Program-made: the position numbers and the translations under genes
Shown: positions 61,968 through 64,000 of the stretch, in pieces
Layout: each line of letters opens with the position of its first letter
Numbering within the stretch: the stretch's first letter is position 1
Assembly: GCA_964234715.1 (NCBI GenBank)
Contig: OZ174284.1
Length of the DNA stretch: 64,000 nucleotides
Direction: 5' to 3' (one strand)
Origin: Podarcis melisellensis
Taxonomy: Eukaryota
The notes under the pieces: generated by a model
The model's database searches: none
The model's input: only the letters and a program-made list of their open reading frames with translations
Told to the model about the DNA's origin: nothing

Positions 61968-63192
61968 AAATGAAATAAATGAGGCTACCATTCTCCTGCC
62001 CTCGGTAGCCAGCCTCCCACAGAGCTTTTTCACATCAGGAACCAGAGGCAGGCAGCAGAGCAGTGGAGAAATATTTCATAGATGGGTAAACACATGCATT
62101 GCCCTTAGCTACCTCTCAAGGATAAGGTAAGCTCAGCTGTACACCCACCCAAGTTCCCAAGCATCATGAAAAGAGGTGGAAAAATGGAAGCCTCTTTTAT
62201 GGGGGAAGAAAAGTTCTGAAAAATTGCCAGGCGTGTTTTAGTACAGCACTACCCACCCACCACCCAGCCACATACACCTCTACTGACCAAGGTGGCTAAT
62301 CTGTCAAAGCAAGGAGTTTTCCTCTCTGCCCCCCACCCAATACCAAAGCCAAGAATTCAATTCACTAAGCGCTTCTGTGATGTTCAATGCCTCTCCAGTT
62401 CAGTCGGCCTCCTCGGCAACCGATGATTTACCTTGCTGCTTAAGCCATAAAAGATTACTACCAAGATTTTATAATATGGTATAACTTGCTTTAAGGCACA
62501 AATTCCATCTGATGCCCTTTAAGTGAAACAATATCCCCATTTACAAAACGTGAAAGCTGTTCCTGTAATAAAGGAGACAAGATTGCTTCATTTTTATTAT
62601 ACAGGCAGGGATATTTGGGCACACACATACAGGCGCGCGCACATACACACACACTGGCCGGGACTTTTCACTTGTTTTGCAGCTCCTACTTGCCCCAATC
62701 CAGCCCCTGGTTTTTGCTACATTTTCAAAATGTGCAATCTCAGCAGCGCAAAGAAAGCCCACTGGTGACCTAAAGAGCAGAATGCACTTTCCCCCTGCAA
62801 TGTCAGCTAGGTCTTCTGCAGTGCCCAATTTCCTTGAAAGATTCAATCACAAAACTGCTTAGAAGTCTAGAAAGGTGTCTTACATCAAGTAAGAGGAGAG
62901 AGTGCTCTTGAGGTCCTGTTTGCGGATTTCCCCATGGCATCTATCTGGTTGGCCATTGTGAGAACAGGATGTTGGCCACTGGTCTAACACAGCAGGTGCT
63001 TCTTAAGTTCTCAAGAGCTTAAAGTCCACCTAGCTCAGGACTGTCTACAAATGGGAGCCATTTTCAGCCTGAAAGCTGCATTCCTGCATGAGTAGTCTTC
63101 CACAGGCCACAGGACAATGGTGGATGGGGCCAGGGGCAAAGCTGGTGGGGGGAAAAATTGCAACCCTTAGCTTTTCATTGCACGCTACAGAA

Positions 63193-63562
63193 GGACGTGG
63201 GTGGCACTGTGGTCTAAACCACTGTGCCACTTGGGCTTGCCAATCGGAAGGTCAGTGTTTCAAATCCATGTGACTGGGTGAGCTCCAGTTGCTCTGTCCC
63301 AGCTTCTGCCAACCTAGCAGTTCAAAAGTAGATAAATAGGTGCCTCTGTGGCAGGCAGGTAAAATGGCATTTCTGTGCATTCTGGCACCCATCATGGTCC
63401 TCCATGCACCGGTAGCAGTTAAGTCATGCTGGCCACATGACCCGGAAAGCTGTCTGTGGACAAACGTCGGCTCCCTCGGCCTGAAAGAGAAATGAGCACC
63501 ACCACAACTCCATAGTCCCCTTTGACTGGATCTAAGCGTCCAGAGGTCCTTTACCTTTACCT
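63193..63562 (+). mobile_element. Sauria SINE, older and CpG-decayed
   Basis: Consensus blocks and ACCTTT tail. Confidence 0.88.
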
Positions 63563-64000
63563 GTATGCTACATTCCAGCCACACAACAGCCAGTGTGGTT
63601 TCACACACATGCACACATACACCCCTCTCCACCCAGCAAGTAAGAGGAATTTCAAGGATATATTTCAATCAGGGGAAAAGCACTCAAGAGGTCTGGAGGG
63701 TGGCATTCAGCCCTCCACCTGATATTTCCTACTCCTGATCTGCCAATAACTCTCCAAGGTTTAAGAGAGGGACTATTTTCCAGCACTATCTTGTGATGCC
63801 AGGGTTGAACCTGGGATGTTTTGCATGCAAGTCATGTGTCCTGCCACTAAAGGCTTATCCACACTTGCCTTTTCCCCTGCTCTTTCCAGGCAGAGGTCTA
63901 AACTTTAAAGTTCCATGTCACTTGGTTTTTGCTCCAGAGCTTTCCCCGTGAAAACCCACTCTTTAAAGCTGAATTGAAGCAAATGGCTATTCGGGTTTTC

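Noticed and set aside
901-63562. Recurrent short ORFs (PGHVASMTKPLL, YLFIYLH) as a gene family
   Set aside because: They are translations of Sauria SINE copies.

Overview
Vertebrate genomic DNA, very probably from a squamate (lacertid-type lizard), judged from about 11 Sauria/POM-type SINEs, a BovB fragment and L2/CR1 LINE debris. The only host gene I can support is LMO3 on the minus strand. Its last two coding exons are at 21026-20901 and 11971-11866, followed by an AU-rich 3' UTR. The upstream coding exon is not in the window, so everything right of 21026 reads as one intron of at least 43 kb. The rest is transposon debris (Tc1/pogo MITEs, hAT elements with 8-bp target-site duplications, SINEs, LINE 3' ends, LTR remnants, a Penelope-like remnant), transposon-free putative conserved non-coding blocks and five N gaps. 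The standout is a 1137-bp non-autonomous hAT element (18716-19852, perfect 8-bp TSD) nested in a solo LTR in the last LMO3 intron. It carries a CpG-rich cargo that ends in what reads as the first ~20 codons of DCLK2 (MASPRRNIELEHFEERDKRR), followed directly by a stop codon and poly(A) signals from the transposon arm. This is a candidate Pack-type gene-capturing DNA transposon lying antisense to LMO3. All family and gene names come from recalled sequences, not database searches.
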